From Ophelia neglecta (Eukaryota), in assembly GCA_965285935.1 (NCBI GenBank), contig OZ260666.1, positions 7,192,001 through 7,256,000 on the forward strand: DNA of 64,000 nt. The letters run 5' to 3'. Under the pieces are notes generated by a model. It was not told the DNA's origin and searched no databases. It saw only the letters and a list, made by a program, of their open reading frames with translations. A program made the position numbers and the translations under genes. This document shows positions 63,022 to 64,000 of the stretch, in pieces (positions within the stretch are counted from its first letter, which is position 1; each line of letters begins with the position of its first letter).

Positions 63022-64000
63022 AAAACCCTCAAGTTTTATTATGTCTACAAAACTCAAGGCCAATACAGAAAACATTGCATTCGAGAGAACCTCCAAGGCA
63101 AATCTTTCCTGGGCAAAAAGTCATCTTACCTTGAGAACGGTACCAATAGTGAAAAAAAAACCTTTTTGCAAAGAACTGAAGTAGACTGCTTTAAGGCAGG
63201 GCAAGTGTGAGGATCTCACATGGGTGGAGGCCAAATGGGAAAATAGCTTCGAGTGAGGGGAGGGGTGGCTGTAACCAATTATCTGCTCTAGCAGGAAATG
63301 TTTCCGTTTAATGGGGCTCCTCTTGCCCTCTCTTCTCTGATGGCCCCTAGCAATGTCTCCTGAAGGCCTCTACCCTCTCTCCTCAAGTCCCCTAGCCTTC
63401 TCTCCTGGAGGCTAAAGCCATGGTAATCGCGGCGTAAGAGACCCCTATCTCACCCCCTTAGGAGGTTGCATACCTTTAGCCCTCTCTCCTGAAGGTCCCT
63501 AGTGCTCTTCCAGAAGGCTGATTGCATGGTAATCCCTATCAATCATCTACGGGAGGGAAAAACCTCAACCTCACAACGGAGAACACTGTCTCGTTTGTTT
63601 CGTGTTCTGTCCCGCATCATGGAACACTAGGGAATACTTTATGTATTACAAGTTTTACTAGGTGGGAGCTAGAGATATATGTATTGATGTGAGTAGCTGT
63701 AGCTGCTGGTTCCGGATGATTTTCGGACCGATCTAGTGGACTATTCTTTACTAATGATTGGCTTTGTCCGCCGGGTATCCACTCCCGTTTACTGCTACAA
63801 ACCTCAGGTTGATCATCCCGTCTCAGACAATACTTACAGTCTTTTTGGAAATGCCGTTTTCAATTAAAGTAAATGGTTTCCAATTGAGTCTGGCCTTTTC
63901 ACATGAAGCTTAAATATGGACATGTTAACATGGTGTACAGAAGTCCCTTAATATTATGAGTTTAGTCAGAGTGCTATAACGGAGAGATTAGACAGGAAAT

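Overview
Eukaryotic (invertebrate animal, AT-rich, repeat-rich) genomic window; not prokaryotic, and no CRISPR, rRNA or tRNA could be supported. The main feature is one intron-rich minus-strand gene of the dipeptidyl peptidase IV family (MEROPS S9B). I reconstructed 22 coding exons by hand between 31551 and 14143; all have GT-AG boundaries and matching phases, giving 808 aa without the first exon. The juxtamembrane/TM exon ([38 protein letters not shown]) is DPP6/DPP10-type (Kv4 channel auxiliary subunits), yet the catalytic triad (GWSFGG, HGTADD, DKNH), the EE motif and the RHS motif are all intact. The upstream 32 kb contains several candidate phase-0 alternative first exons (32979, 46558, 48663, 62812) and a candidate 10-nt microexon. 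At four splice junctions the exon end plus splice site has been copied into the adjacent intron as degenerate tandem 'echoes'. The first 13 kb, downstream of the gene, is a mosaic of old inverted and direct duplications and includes a Tx1/L1-type LINE nested in a decayed CR1/L2-type LINE. Introns carry many unrelated minisatellites and a Harbinger-like MITE. Most ORFs in the supplied track are non-coding noise. Identities quoted are by-eye estimates unless stated as exact.
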